Of a DNA stretch of 64,000 bases, positions 7,572-16,714 are shown one piece after another (the first letter of the stretch is position 1; each line of letters starts with the position of its first letter). The stretch comes from Thermoanaerobaculia bacterium. Lineage in GTDB: Bacteria; Acidobacteriota; Thermoanaerobaculia; Gp7-AA8. The stretch covers positions 2,523 to 66,522 of the forward strand of contig DATFHJ010000107.1 of assembly GCA_035248585.1 (NCBI GenBank). Reading direction: 5' to 3'. Under the pieces are notes generated by a model. That model worked only from the letters and a program-made list of their open reading frames with translations, ran no database searches and was not told the DNA's origin. The translations under genes were made by a program, and so were the position numbers.

Positions 7572-7893
7572 GGGCCGATCATTTGCTGAATGGAGCGGCC
7601 CGGGAACGCAAATGAACCGGCGATCCGACGCAAATGCGCGCGCGCGGTCGCTGAAATGGCGTACCTCGAGATAAAACAGAAAGACGTACGCATCACATCC
7701 GGAACCGGTGCCATTCGCAAATGAAATGGTCTCCGAATGCAAATGACAGGGCTCCGATTGAAAATGGACGCGGTCCGTTTAGCAAGTGAAGCGGGATCAT
7801 TTGCACGACGTGCACGGTCCATTTACGAATCGCGCGGTTTTCATTTGCGAATTGCGCGGCGCTCATTTGCGAATTGCGCGGTGTTCGTATGCA
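7544..7893. repeat. Tandem array of ~16 degenerate 22-bp units (consensus AAATGa-N8-tCATTTGC)
   Basis: AAATG occurs at 7544, 7566, 7588 (GAATG), 7610, 7632, 7654, 7719, 7741 and 7762. CATTTG-like occurs at 7558, 7580, 7798, 7820, 7842, 7864 and 7886. Units 7841-7862 and 7863-7884 are 20/22 identical. Confidence 0.8.
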
Positions 7894-7898
7894 TGAAG

Positions 7899-7925
7899 GG
7901 ACAGGCAGGAGTGCCTGTCCTCCAC
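7899..7925. repeat. Family B palindromic element, half copy (single hairpin plus TCCAC tail)
   Basis: GGACAGGCAGGAGTGCCTGTCCTCCAC is identical to the right half of the 6043-6115 element. Confidence 0.8.
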
Positions 7926-7930
7926 TGCTG

Positions 7931-9313
7931 TTATGGATTCGCGGGCGAGAATTGCGTCGGCGGATCAACGCCTGTGCTGAACTGATACAGCTCGAGGAAG
8001 AACATGCCGATGCCGGCGGTGCCGTTCCACCAGCCGATGTTCACGGCCTGCTCGGCGGCGAACTGCGGCGGCACCGGCTCGACCATGTCTTTCCAGCGCA
8101 GCATTCCCGCCGCGGGACGCTCGGCGGTGGCGATGAGCGACCGGCCCGCGGCGCGGGCAAGGTCGAGATATTGACGGTCGCGCGTCGTGCGGTAGAGACG
8201 CAGCAGGCCGTGACCGACCGACGCGCCGCCGACCATGAATCCATTCTCGACGAGCGTCGAGCGCTCGATGTGCGGCCAGTTCCGGCCGTCCGCATGCGGC
8301 AGCCCGGCAGCGTTCAGATGCGCCGCGCCGGCGACGGCCATGGCCAGGAAGCGCGCGTCGCCGCCGAGCTCGTACGCGCGCGCGAGCGAGCCGATCGCGC
8401 ACGCGCTGCCGTGGCAGTAGACGAGCGGCGAGTTGCCGGTGCGGTCGGAGTAGTAGGTCCAGCGATAGCCGCTGTCGGTCTGCACGGCGGTGGTCAAGAG
8501 TCCCGACGCGGTGGCGGCGAGTTGATCGCGATACTCGCTCTTGCCGGTGACGGTAAACAGACGATCGAGGACGAAGATGATCCCGGACGCGCCGCCGCAC
8601 CAGCCGTTGTAGGACGTCGTATCGGTGGTCAGGCGTTTCCAGCCGACGGCGTTCGCGCCGAGGTTCACGTTGTATTTGGCAATCCACCGCCACGCGGATT
8701 CGGCGGCATCGAGATACTTGCGGTCGCCGGTGAGCTCGTAGACGTCGAGCAGCAGCACGGCCACGCCGCCCGCGCCGTGGGCGACGCCGGTGTAGACGGT
8801 CGTCGAGCTCGGAAAGACCCAGTACGTCCCGTCGCCTTCGTGCTTGGCGCGCTGCAGCAGCGCGTCGGCCATCAGCTTCGCGCGCTCGAGCTGTTGCGGC
8901 TCGTGCGTCTCGCGCGCGAGCGCGACGAGAAACTCGCCGCAGCCGACGGTGCCGGCCTGCCAGTCGAATCCGAAATTCGCGCATGTCGACGCGACGTAGG
9001 TCGCCGCGCGCTGGGCGATGCCGAGGTACCGCGGCTCGTGGGTCACTTGATAGAGGCGGAGGAAGAAGAAGCCGGCGCCGGAGGTGCCGGGAAGGCCCGG
9101 CGTGACGGCCGTTGGTTGCGCGGCGTCGCTGCCCCAGGCGAGGCCTTCGCCGCGGACCTGGGCGATGGACTCGAGCCAGGCGCCGGTTTCAATGGCGGTG
9201 GTTAGCCAGTGGAGGTCGTTGTTTACTGGGACTCGGACGGAGCGGCGGCGGTCGGCGGACGACGAGAGGACGAAGAGGACGAGTAGGACCGCCAGGACAG
9301 ATAGGCGCTTCAT
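7931..9313 (-). CDS. Secreted LanC-like (lanthionine synthetase C family, alpha/alpha-barrel) protein
   Basis: Signal peptide MKRLSVLAVLLVLFVLSSSA. LanC-type motifs GVAHGAGG, NGWCGGASG and YCHGSAC appear in the canonical order. Confidence 0.7.
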   Translation of the reverse strand: MKRLSVLAVLLVLFVLSSSADRRRSVRVPVNNDLHWLTTAIETGAWLESIAQVRGEGLAWGSDAAQPTAVTPGLPGTSGAGFFFLRLYQVTHEPRYLGIAQRAATYVASTCANFGFDWQAGTVGCGEFLVALARETHEPQQLERAKLMADALLQRAKHEGDGTYWVFPSSTTVYTGVAHGAGGVAVLLLDVYELTGDRKYLDAAESAWRWIAKYNVNLGANAVGWKRLTTDTTSYNGWCGGASGIIFVLDRLFTVTGKSEYRDQLAATASGLLTTAVQTDSGYRWTYYSDRTGNSPLVYCHGSACAIGSLARAYELGGDARFLAMAVAGAAHLNAAGLPHADGRNWPHIERSTLVENGFMVGGASVGHGLLRLYRTTRDRQYLDLARAAGRSLIATAERPAAGMLRWKDMVEPVPPQFAAEQAVNIGWWNGTAGIGMFFLELYQFSTGVDPPTQFSPANP

Positions 9314-9320
9314 TCGAGCC

Positions 9321-10652
9321 TCACTTTCGCACGGCGCGGCGTCTGGGCGGGATTTCGAAATCGAAGCGGAGGCGGACGGCGGACATCTCGCCCGAGCTGG
9401 GGCTGAACGTCGCGAGCCAGACGCCGTCGTGGCCGGAGACGCCGTAGTAGTCGCCGATCCAGTCGGCGTCGATCGAGAACGGCGTCGAGAAACGGCGCGG
9501 GGCGTCGAACGTCACGCCGCCGTCGCGCGAGCGGGTCGCGTACAGGCTGGCCAAGGTGTTCGTGGGATCGTCGCGGCGGTCGAGCCAGGCCACGACGAGC
9601 TCGCCCGTCGCCTCGTCGACGGCGCCGCTCGGAAAAATCGCGTCGCCCGTCGTCGGCGTCGAGATCATCTTCGGCGTGGACCACGTGCGGCCGCCGTCGG
9701 TCGAGCGCGTGACCGCGGCGCCGCCGACCGTTTGTCCGCTGACGCTCTGCGTCGACGTGCCCATGACCATGTACAGCGTTCCGCGAGCCGGTCCGTTCGA
9801 GCGGTCGCAGAGCAGCGTCGGGAAGGCCTTGAACGTCGCCTTCTTCGTGTTCGGAATCGCGCCGCCGATCCACGGCAGCACCGGGATCGGCAGCGGATCG
9901 CCGAACGTCACGCCGCCGTCGGTCGACGTGCGCAGGATAATGTTGCCGTTGTTCGCGGCGCGGTAATAGGCGAGATAGACCTCGCCGTTCGGGCCGATCG
10001 CGACTTGCGACTGGCCACTCGGCGACGGCGTCGTCAGCGCGACCGGCTCCGACCAGCTCGCGCCGCGGTCGGTCGAGCGCGAGAACATCATCCGGCTTTG
10101 CAGCGGCGTCGAGGCGAAGCCGATGCGCTGCCAGAGCAGGTAGAGGTTGCCGTCGAAGGGGCCGCCGGTGTTGTCGACGGCGAGCCATTCCTTGTCGTCG
10201 AACTCGCGCGTCGGGCCGGACTTCAGTTCCAATTCGGCGACGACGATCGGATCGGACCACGTGAGCCCGCCGTCCGTCGAGCGCGACGCGGCAACGGCCG
10301 TGGAGCCGGGGTTGCCGAGGCTCGTCATCAGCATGGCCATGTGAAAGAGGCCGGTGCGATCGGCGACGATCACGGGATCGCCCTGGCCGTCGTCGTATTC
10401 GCGGCCATTCGTTCCCTTCGTCGGCATCTTCGCGCCCGCGCTCCAGGAGAGGCCGCCGTCGTGCGTCGTGTAGAAATCGACGCCCTGGTGCGCCACCGAC
10501 ATCACGCCCACGACCGCACGCTGCGCGCTCTGCGGAGAGACGGCGACGGTGGTCTCGAAGCTCGAACCGCCACGCGCGAGGATGCGCACGTCGCTCGCTT
10601 CCACGGCGGCGAGGAGCAGTCCGAGCAAGGGGAACAGCGCGCGTGCAAGCAT
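9321..10652 (-). CDS. Secreted BNR/Asp-box repeat beta-propeller protein (sialidase-like fold)
   Basis: A signal peptide is followed by repeated SxDxGxTW-type boxes: THDGGLSWS, STDGGLTWS, STDRGASWS, STDGGVTFG, STDGGRTWS, SRDGGVTF. Confidence 0.75.
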   Translation of the reverse strand: MLARALFPLLGLLLAAVEASDVRILARGGSSFETTVAVSPQSAQRAVVGVMSVAHQGVDFYTTHDGGLSWSAGAKMPTKGTNGREYDDGQGDPVIVADRTGLFHMAMLMTSLGNPGSTAVAASRSTDGGLTWSDPIVVAELELKSGPTREFDDKEWLAVDNTGGPFDGNLYLLWQRIGFASTPLQSRMMFSRSTDRGASWSEPVALTTPSPSGQSQVAIGPNGEVYLAYYRAANNGNIILRTSTDGGVTFGDPLPIPVLPWIGGAIPNTKKATFKAFPTLLCDRSNGPARGTLYMVMGTSTQSVSGQTVGGAAVTRSTDGGRTWSTPKMISTPTTGDAIFPSGAVDEATGELVVAWLDRRDDPTNTLASLYATRSRDGGVTFDAPRRFSTPFSIDADWIGDYYGVSGHDGVWLATFSPSSGEMSAVRLRFDFEIPPRRRAVRK

Positions 10653-10699
10653 GAGCGTGATGCTACGCAGGACGCGCGCGCGGCATTGTCACAATGCCG

Positions 10700-12334
10700 C
10701 TACGACGCGACCTTCATCCGCTCCTCCGCGTTCACCGTGACGACGCAATTCCTGCCCGACGCTTTCGCGCGATAGAGCGCGGCGTCGGCGGCGCGCATGT
10801 CGTCGGCGAAGGACGAGCGATGCGAGATGAGGGCGATGCCGGCGGAGAACGTGGCGTGCTGGATCGAGGCGAACTCTTCGCGCAGGCGATCGACGAGGCG
10901 CACGGCTTCGCTCTCCGAAACGTCGTCGACGAGCATCGCGAACTCTTCGCCGCCGTAGCGGCTGACGACATCGGAGACGCGGACGTTGTTGCGGAGGAAC
11001 GAGCCGAGGCGGGAGAGCACCTGGTCGCCGTACGCGTGGCCGTGCTGATCGTTGATCGACTTGAAGCGGTCGACGTCGATCATCACCAGCGCGGCGCTGT
11101 CGCCGCCGCCGCTGCCGCGCAGCCACGCCTGCACGCGGCGCGTGAACGCCGCGCGGTTGTAAAGACCCGTCAGGTTGTCGCGGTCGAGGAAATGGCGGAT
11201 CTGCCGCGAGCGCTGCAGCCGCGCTTCCACCGCGGCCAGCAGCAGGTTCGCCGACACCGGCTTCTCGATGTGCTCGTCCCCGCCGGAGCGCATCGACTCG
11301 ATCCGCGTGTGCGCTTCGCGCTCGGCCGTCAGAAAGAGGATCGGCGTCGTCTGATGCTCGTCGAGCTGGCGGGCGAACCGCGCGAGCTCGTAGCCGCTCA
11401 CGCCGGGAATCAGAATGTCCATCACGATGAGATGGGGATTGAAGTGGATCAGCTCCGACTCGAAATGTTTCGGATCGGCGCACGAGCGCACTTCGTAGCC
11501 GGCGCCTTCGAGGATGGCGTGCAGGTACGCCGACTGCGCGGGATCGTCTTCGACGGAGAGGATGCGGGCCACGCTGTCGTCGCGCGACTCGACGAGCGAG
11601 CGCAGGCGGCGGATGAGCGCCTCGCAGTCGAGCGGCTTGCGGAAGTAGGCGTCGGCGCCGGAGCGGATGCCTTCCACCTTGTCGCGAAAACTCTCGCGCG
11701 TGCTGATGATGAACACCGGCGCGTTCTCGCGCTCCGGAATGGAGCGGAGCGCCGACACGACGTCGTAGCCGCTGCCGTCCGGCAATCCGACGTCGACGAT
11801 GAGCGCGTGCGGCGGCATCGACATGGCGTTCATCGCATCCTCCCGCGTGTACACCGACCGCACATTGAATCCCTCGGCCACGAGCCGCGGGCCGAGCAGC
11901 GAGTGCACATCCGCGTCGTCCTCGACGAGCAGCACGTCGTAGACGCGCCGCACCGGCCGCGTCTCTTCTTCCTCTTCTTCCTGCACCGGCATGACGATGA
12001 CGTTGCGCCACGCGCGCCGGATCTCGTTCACTTCGTTCTCGATGAACGTGATCATCGTGCGCCAGCGGCGGATCGTCTGCGCGGCCGGCGCTTCGCCCGC
12101 CTTCATCAGCTTGCGGCATTCACTCTCCGCGCGCGCGCCGGCGGAGTTGAGGAGCTCGAATCCCTCGAAGCCGCCGATGCCGGCGAAGCCGTGGAAGCGG
12201 CGCATCAACTCCTCGAGCGCGCACGTGTCGGCGGCGTCGCGCTCCAGCGCCTGCAGGATTTGCGCACTCTCCGCGAGGCGCTCTTGACTCTCGCGCGCGA
12301 AGGTTTCGATGAGACGGGCCATGGAAAAGGTCAT
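10700..12334 (-). CDS. Hpt-REC-REC-GGDEF signalling protein (diguanylate cyclase)
   Basis: Hpt-like N-terminus (RRFHGFAGIGG), two receiver domains (LLVEDD...IVDVGLPDGSG; LSVEDD...IVMDILIPGVSG) and a GGDEF domain (RYGGEEFAML). The start was moved to the ATG at 12334 (MTFSMARL), downstream of the track start. Confidence 0.85.
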   Translation of the reverse strand: MTFSMARLIETFARESQERLAESAQILQALERDAADTCALEELMRRFHGFAGIGGFEGFELLNSAGARAESECRKLMKAGEAPAAQTIRRWRTMITFIENEVNEIRRAWRNVIVMPVQEEEEEETRPVRRVYDVLLVEDDADVHSLLGPRLVAEGFNVRSVYTREDAMNAMSMPPHALIVDVGLPDGSGYDVVSALRSIPERENAPVFIISTRESFRDKVEGIRSGADAYFRKPLDCEALIRRLRSLVESRDDSVARILSVEDDPAQSAYLHAILEGAGYEVRSCADPKHFESELIHFNPHLIVMDILIPGVSGYELARFARQLDEHQTTPILFLTAEREAHTRIESMRSGGDEHIEKPVSANLLLAAVEARLQRSRQIRHFLDRDNLTGLYNRAAFTRRVQAWLRGSGGGDSAALVMIDVDRFKSINDQHGHAYGDQVLSRLGSFLRNNVRVSDVVSRYGGEEFAMLVDDVSESEAVRLVDRLREEFASIQHATFSAGIALISHRSSFADDMRAADAALYRAKASGRNCVVTVNAEERMKVAS

Positions 12335-12382
12335 GGGCGCGGCTTTGTGCGGGTTTGGAGCCAGCGGGAAGAGACTGAAAAC

Positions 12383-12459
12383 ATAGGACTTATAGGACGA
12401 GGGGCGGGATGGAAAAGAGACAGCTGTCCGGAAATAGGACGGATGGGACGGGATAGGAA
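12383..12459. promoter_or_regulatory. Five direct ATAGGAC-like heptamers in two clusters flanking a GGACAGCTGTCC palindrome, in a divergent intergenic region
   Basis: ATAGGAC at 12383, 12392 and 12434, ATGGGAC at 12443 and ATAGGAA at 12453. Spacing within each cluster is 9-10 bp. Confidence 0.3.
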
Positions 12460-12526
12460 TGTCTGGGGGGCGGGGCGAGTTCTTGCACGGGCGAACAAGC
12501 TGCGGTAGCCTCACGCGCGCGTTTGT

Positions 12527-12603
<77 letters not shown>

Positions 12604-12610
12604 TTCACGC

Positions 12611-13384
12611 GTGCTCGCGCAAATCCTCCTCCTCGCCGCGCTCGAAATCCCGTTCCGCTATACGCCCGGTCAGATCGAAGTGCAGGTCTCCCTTAACGGG
12701 CGCCCGCCGATCTGGTGCGTCGTCGACTCGGGCTCCGATTTCTCGATCCTCGACCAGGAGACCGCGGCGGCGTTGAAGGTCGACGGCAAGCGAGTGACGT
12801 GGACGATCGGCCCGCTCACGATGCGCAATCAATCGATGCGTCTCTGGGCGCTCGACAACTTCCGCCGGCAGAAGCGCGAGATCCGCGGCCTCATCGGCCA
12901 CGAGCTGTTCGACCGCTACGTCGTCACGATCGATTTTCAGAAACGCGTGCTGATCCTGCACGAGCCAGCCGAGTTCCGCGCACCGCCGAAGGCTCTCCGA
13001 TTGCCGATTACGTTTGATGGCCATCTGCCGGTCGTCAGCGCGAAGTTGAAGTTCGGAGAGAAAACGCTCACGCCGCGGTTGATGGTGGATACCGGCGCGT
13101 CGACTGCCGTAGTGCTGCGCCATCCTTACGCGACTGAGAACCACCTCGTTGGCGAGTCGAAGATGTCCGACACACTCGCGTTAGGCGTGACGCCGTTCGT
13201 CAAGCTCGCCGCGACGGAGCTGATTTTCGGAGGGCGCACGTTCCCGAACCCGAAAGTGGAAGCGTACGGATCGCCGCGCGGCGCGGGCGGCGCACGCACA
13301 ACCGACGGCGTTCTCGGCAACAGCGCGCTGCAGAATTTTCGGGTGACGTTCGATTACTCGCGCAAGCGGATTCTGTTGGAGTAA
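12611..13384 (+). CDS. Retropepsin-like (clan AA) aspartic protease with two catalytic-type motifs
   Basis: VVDSGSD and MVDTGAS motifs lie in two homologous halves, after a short hydrophobic N-terminus. The GTG start sits only 8 nt after the tRNA, so the start is uncertain. Confidence 0.65.
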   Translation: MLAQILLLAALEIPFRYTPGQIEVQVSLNGRPPIWCVVDSGSDFSILDQETAAALKVDGKRVTWTIGPLTMRNQSMRLWALDNFRRQKREIRGLIGHELFDRYVVTIDFQKRVLILHEPAEFRAPPKALRLPITFDGHLPVVSAKLKFGEKTLTPRLMVDTGASTAVVLRHPYATENHLVGESKMSDTLALGVTPFVKLAATELIFGGRTFPNPKVEAYGSPRGAGGARTTDGVLGNSALQNFRVTFDYSRKRILLE

Positions 13385-14112
13385 ACCGCGAGCGCCGCGG
13401 CGAAGACGAGGTTGAACGCCAATCCCAACACTCCCACCTCGGGCGCGAAGATCGAGGTGTCGGCGATGCCGAGCGCGCCGGTCTTCGTGCCGAATCCGTA
13501 GAGCGAATAGACGATCGCGTTCCAGACGCTGTGGCAGAGACTCGAGACGAGGATCGAGCCGGAGATCGAGCGCAGCAGTCCCCAGATCGCGCCCATCACG
13601 AAGGCGTTGACGAGGTAGAGCGGAATCTGCGCGGGATGCGGATTGAAGCCGGTGTCGAAGACGACCGCGGAGATGTGCCACGCCACGAACGCGGCGCTGC
13701 TCCATACAAGCGTGCCGCGCTCCGACAACCCGCCCCGCTTCAGCGCCGCCCACAGCCATCCGCGAAAGAATCCCTCCTCGGTCAACATCACCGCGATCAC
13801 ACCGGCAAGCCCGTTGATCGCGATCGGTTTCCATCGAATCGCGCCCGCGTGCACGGCGCCGAAGGCGATGGCGAGAATCGTGATCGCGCCGATGACCACC
13901 ACCGGATGCAGCAGCGCCAGTACGTAATGATGCGGACGTCCGAGGGTGAGGCTGGCTTCGCGAGGCCTGATGCGCTGCGCGATGCAGAGCGCAAACGCGA
14001 GCGGAAAGAGCGGCAGGGCGCTGAACAGCAGCAGGCCGTTCGCGTCCATCGCGGTGGTGACGGCGATCGCGATCGCCACGCCGGCGATCGCCCACTTCAG
14101 ACTCGTACTCAC
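13354..14112 (-). CDS. CPBP-family (CAAX/Abi-like) intramembrane metalloprotease
   Basis: Polytopic membrane protein carrying the family motifs EEGFFRGWLW, FVAWH and HSVWN. Confidence 0.8.
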   Translation of the reverse strand: MSTSLKWAIAGVAIAIAVTTAMDANGLLLFSALPLFPLAFALCIAQRIRPREASLTLGRPHHYVLALLHPVVVIGAITILAIAFGAVHAGAIRWKPIAINGLAGVIAVMLTEEGFFRGWLWAALKRGGLSERGTLVWSSAAFVAWHISAVVFDTGFNPHPAQIPLYLVNAFVMGAIWGLLRSISGSILVSSLCHSVWNAIVYSLYGFGTKTGALGIADTSIFAPEVGVLGLAFNLVFAAALAVYSNRIRLRE

Positions 14113-14259
14113 TGACGGCTACTACGCCGGTCGAAGGCGTCTGGTTAACGTGACGCTGCTCACGGCCGGACCAGGTCCCCAGCCTTACGTTCCTCACCGC
14201 AGGCCCAAACTGTTGTGCCGTTCACACTCTTCTTTTCTTTGAAGGAGGTTCCTCCTCGT

Positions 14260-16098
14260 ATGCGTCGTTTGCTCTCTCTGCTGGTTCTCCTGTCTCTTCT
14301 GTCGCTTCCCGCGTACGCGAACACGATCACCGTCAACGGCTTCACCGATGCGCTCAGCAATGGCGACGGCCTCTGCACCATCCGTGAAGCGGTTCTCAAC
14401 GCGAACTTCAACAACGGCGCCTGGACGGATTGCGGACCCGGATCGGGCCATGACGTCATCAATCTTCCCGCCGGCACGATCACCTTCTCGATCGCCGGCA
14501 CGCAGGAAGACGCCGGCCTCCTCGCCGATCTCGACGTGTGGGACAGCGTGACCGTCAATGGCAACGCCGCCGGCACGACGATCGACGTCAACGGGAAGGA
14601 GCGCGCGTTCGACTTGAACCCGGCCACGTTCCCGTCTCCCGGAACCGGTGGCCCGATCGCGGTGCTTCTCAACGACCTCTACATCACGAACGGCTTCGTC
14701 TTCGGAGGCGACGGCGGCGGAATGCAGGTCAATGCGAACGCCACCGTCACCGCGACCAACGTCACCATCTCGAACTGCGAGACGAACAACGACGGCGGCG
14801 GTGTCATGAACAACGGCACGCTGACGATGATCAACTGCACGGTCACCGGCAACGTGTGCCCCTGGCTCGGCGGCGGCATCGCCAACAACGGTTCTCTCTC
14901 GTTGAAGAGCTGCACGATCACGAAGAACTCGCAGTACGGCGCCGGCCCGCCGCACGCGCAAGGGATCCGCGCCTCGGGGCCGACGACCATCATCCAGAAC
15001 ACGATCATCGCCGGCAACGGCACCGGGGCTCCCGATTTCGAGCCGGAGTACGAAGGCACGCTCACGTCGCTCGGCCACAACGTCATCGGGCCGAACGGCG
15101 TCCCGCCGCACGTCCCGGCGACGGGCGATCAGGTGGACGTCACCTCCGCGCAGTTGAATGTCGCGCCGCTCGCGAACAACGGCGGGACGGTGCCGACCCA
15201 CGCGCTCAACCCCGGGAGCGCCGCCCACGATCAAGGCAACAGCGACGGCCTGGCCGTCGATGAGCGTGGATCGCTCCGCCCCTGCGACGACCCCGGCATC
15301 GCCAACGCCCCCGGCGGCGACGGCGCCGACGTGGGAGCCTTCGAGGTTCTCGGCACGTGCTCCACGCCGAACGATCCTCCAGTGGCAGTCGCCGACTCGT
15401 ACGACATGGATCAGGATACGACGCTGAACGCCGGCGCACCGGGTGTTCTCGGCAACGACACCGACCCCAACGGCGATTCGCTCACAGCGACGCTCGTCAG
15501 CGACGTTTCGAACGGAACGCTGGTCCTGAACGCTGACGGTTCCTTCACCTACGAGCCCGATCCGGGGTTCGTCGGCGACGACACGTTCACGTACCACGCA
15601 TCCGACGGCACCGACGACTCGAACACCGCGACCGTGACGATCCACGTCGCCGATACGCAGGGACCGGACATCACCCTCTCACTCGCGAACGACCTGCTCT
15701 GGCCGCCGAATCACAACCTGATCGACGTCGGACTCTCGTATGCGACGAGTGACAACGGCGGCGGCACGGTGACGTCGAGCGTTGCCGTCTACAGCGACGA
15801 GGACGATCTGACGCCGGAGACCGGCGATTTCTCACCCGACGCGAAGAACGCGTTGCGTCTGCGCGCTGAACGGAGTGCAACCGGCAACGGCCGCGTCTAC
15901 CTCATCGTCGTCACCGCGGCGGATGCGTCGTCGAACACGAGTCATGCCTGCGCGACCGTGGTCGTGCCGAAGAGCATGTCGGCCGCAGACGTGAGCGCCG
16001 TGAACGCGCAAGCCGCTGCAGCCGCTTCGCAGTGCGGCACGATTCCCGCCGGCTACTTCGTCGTTGGCGATGGTCCGGTCGTGGGGCCGAAGCAATAG
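14260..16098 (+). CDS. Secreted right-handed beta-helix protein with a CSLREA-type N-terminal motif and a cadherin/Ig-like domain
   Basis: GAAGGAGG lies upstream of the ATG at 14260, followed by signal peptide MRRLLSLLVLLSLLSLPAYA. Also present: GDGLCTIREAVLNAN, PbH1-like GGG(V/I)xNNGTLT repeats, and GNDTDPNGDSLTA...DDTFTYHASDG. Confidence 0.75.
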   Translation: MRRLLSLLVLLSLLSLPAYANTITVNGFTDALSNGDGLCTIREAVLNANFNNGAWTDCGPGSGHDVINLPAGTITFSIAGTQEDAGLLADLDVWDSVTVNGNAAGTTIDVNGKERAFDLNPATFPSPGTGGPIAVLLNDLYITNGFVFGGDGGGMQVNANATVTATNVTISNCETNNDGGGVMNNGTLTMINCTVTGNVCPWLGGGIANNGSLSLKSCTITKNSQYGAGPPHAQGIRASGPTTIIQNTIIAGNGTGAPDFEPEYEGTLTSLGHNVIGPNGVPPHVPATGDQVDVTSAQLNVAPLANNGGTVPTHALNPGSAAHDQGNSDGLAVDERGSLRPCDDPGIANAPGGDGADVGAFEVLGTCSTPNDPPVAVADSYDMDQDTTLNAGAPGVLGNDTDPNGDSLTATLVSDVSNGTLVLNADGSFTYEPDPGFVGDDTFTYHASDGTDDSNTATVTIHVADTQGPDITLSLANDLLWPPNHNLIDVGLSYATSDNGGGTVTSSVAVYSDEDDLTPETGDFSPDAKNALRLRAERSATGNGRVYLIVVTAADASSNTSHACATVVVPKSMSAADVSAVNAQAAAAASQCGTIPAGYFVVGDGPVVGPKQ

Positions 16099-16135
16099 CG
16101 TCCAATACCGCATCGGGCGGCCTTTCGGCCGCCCG

Positions 16136-16714
16136 TCACACCAACCGCGGCCCCGCGCACCACGCCGACAGGACGACCCGCTCGCCGCGCGTGACGCGGG
16201 AGACGGCGTGCATGGCGAAGCTGGGGAAGAAGAGGCAGTCGCCGCGATCGATCTTGAGGGTGCGGCGGTCGGCGATGGTGAGCTCGCCGCCGGCCCAGGC
16301 GCGCGCGGGAACGAGCGGGAGGATCGCCGTGATCTTGCTTTGGTCGGTGCTGGTGTAGTCGTAGTCGGTGTGCGGGCGGGTGTAGCCGCCGACGCCGTAC
16401 TTTTGAAGGCGCATCGGCTCGACGATCCCCGAAAGCGCGAAGCCCCAGACGTTGTACCGCGCGAACGCGCGCGCGATTTTCTGAAACGCCCACGCCGAGT
16501 CCTCGGGGCGCAGAAAGCAGTACTGCACGTCGCGTTTGATGCGCAGGCCGCCGCTCTTGTAGAAGCGCCCGTGTTCCTCCGCGAACGCGATCAGCTCGCG
16601 GCACTGATCGGCGGAGAAGAGCGAGCGGCAGACCGTGAACCAGCCCGGCTTCTGAATCGACTGCGGAACCGGGTAGACGATCTCATCGACTTCGAAGGGC
16701 ATGCGCGCTCCCAT
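16136..16714 (-). CDS. 2OG-Fe(II) oxygenase (prolyl-4-hydroxylase-like), last gene of the operon
   Basis: HTDYD...FAMHAVSRVTRGERV fits the HxD...H...R facial triad pattern. The ATG at 16714 overlaps the upstream stop (TGATG); an alternative ATG is at 16702. Confidence 0.7.
   Translation of the reverse strand: MGARMPFEVDEIVYPVPQSIQKPGWFTVCRSLFSADQCRELIAFAEEHGRFYKSGGLRIKRDVQYCFLRPEDSAWAFQKIARAFARYNVWGFALSGIVEPMRLQKYGVGGYTRPHTDYDYTSTDQSKITAILPLVPARAWAGGELTIADRRTLKIDRGDCLFFPSFAMHAVSRVTRGERVVLSAWCAGPRLV

Noticed and set aside
7544-7893. Possible CRISPR array
   Set aside because: The units are 22 bp and directly abutting, with no unique spacers. They are degenerate, and no cas genes or leader are present.
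7931-9313. LanC-like gene as the marker of a lanthipeptide biosynthetic cluster
   Set aside because: There is no precursor peptide, LanB/LanM/LanKC/LanL, transporter or protease nearby. The protein carries a secretion signal. The neighbours are a BNR propeller and a GGDEF regulator.
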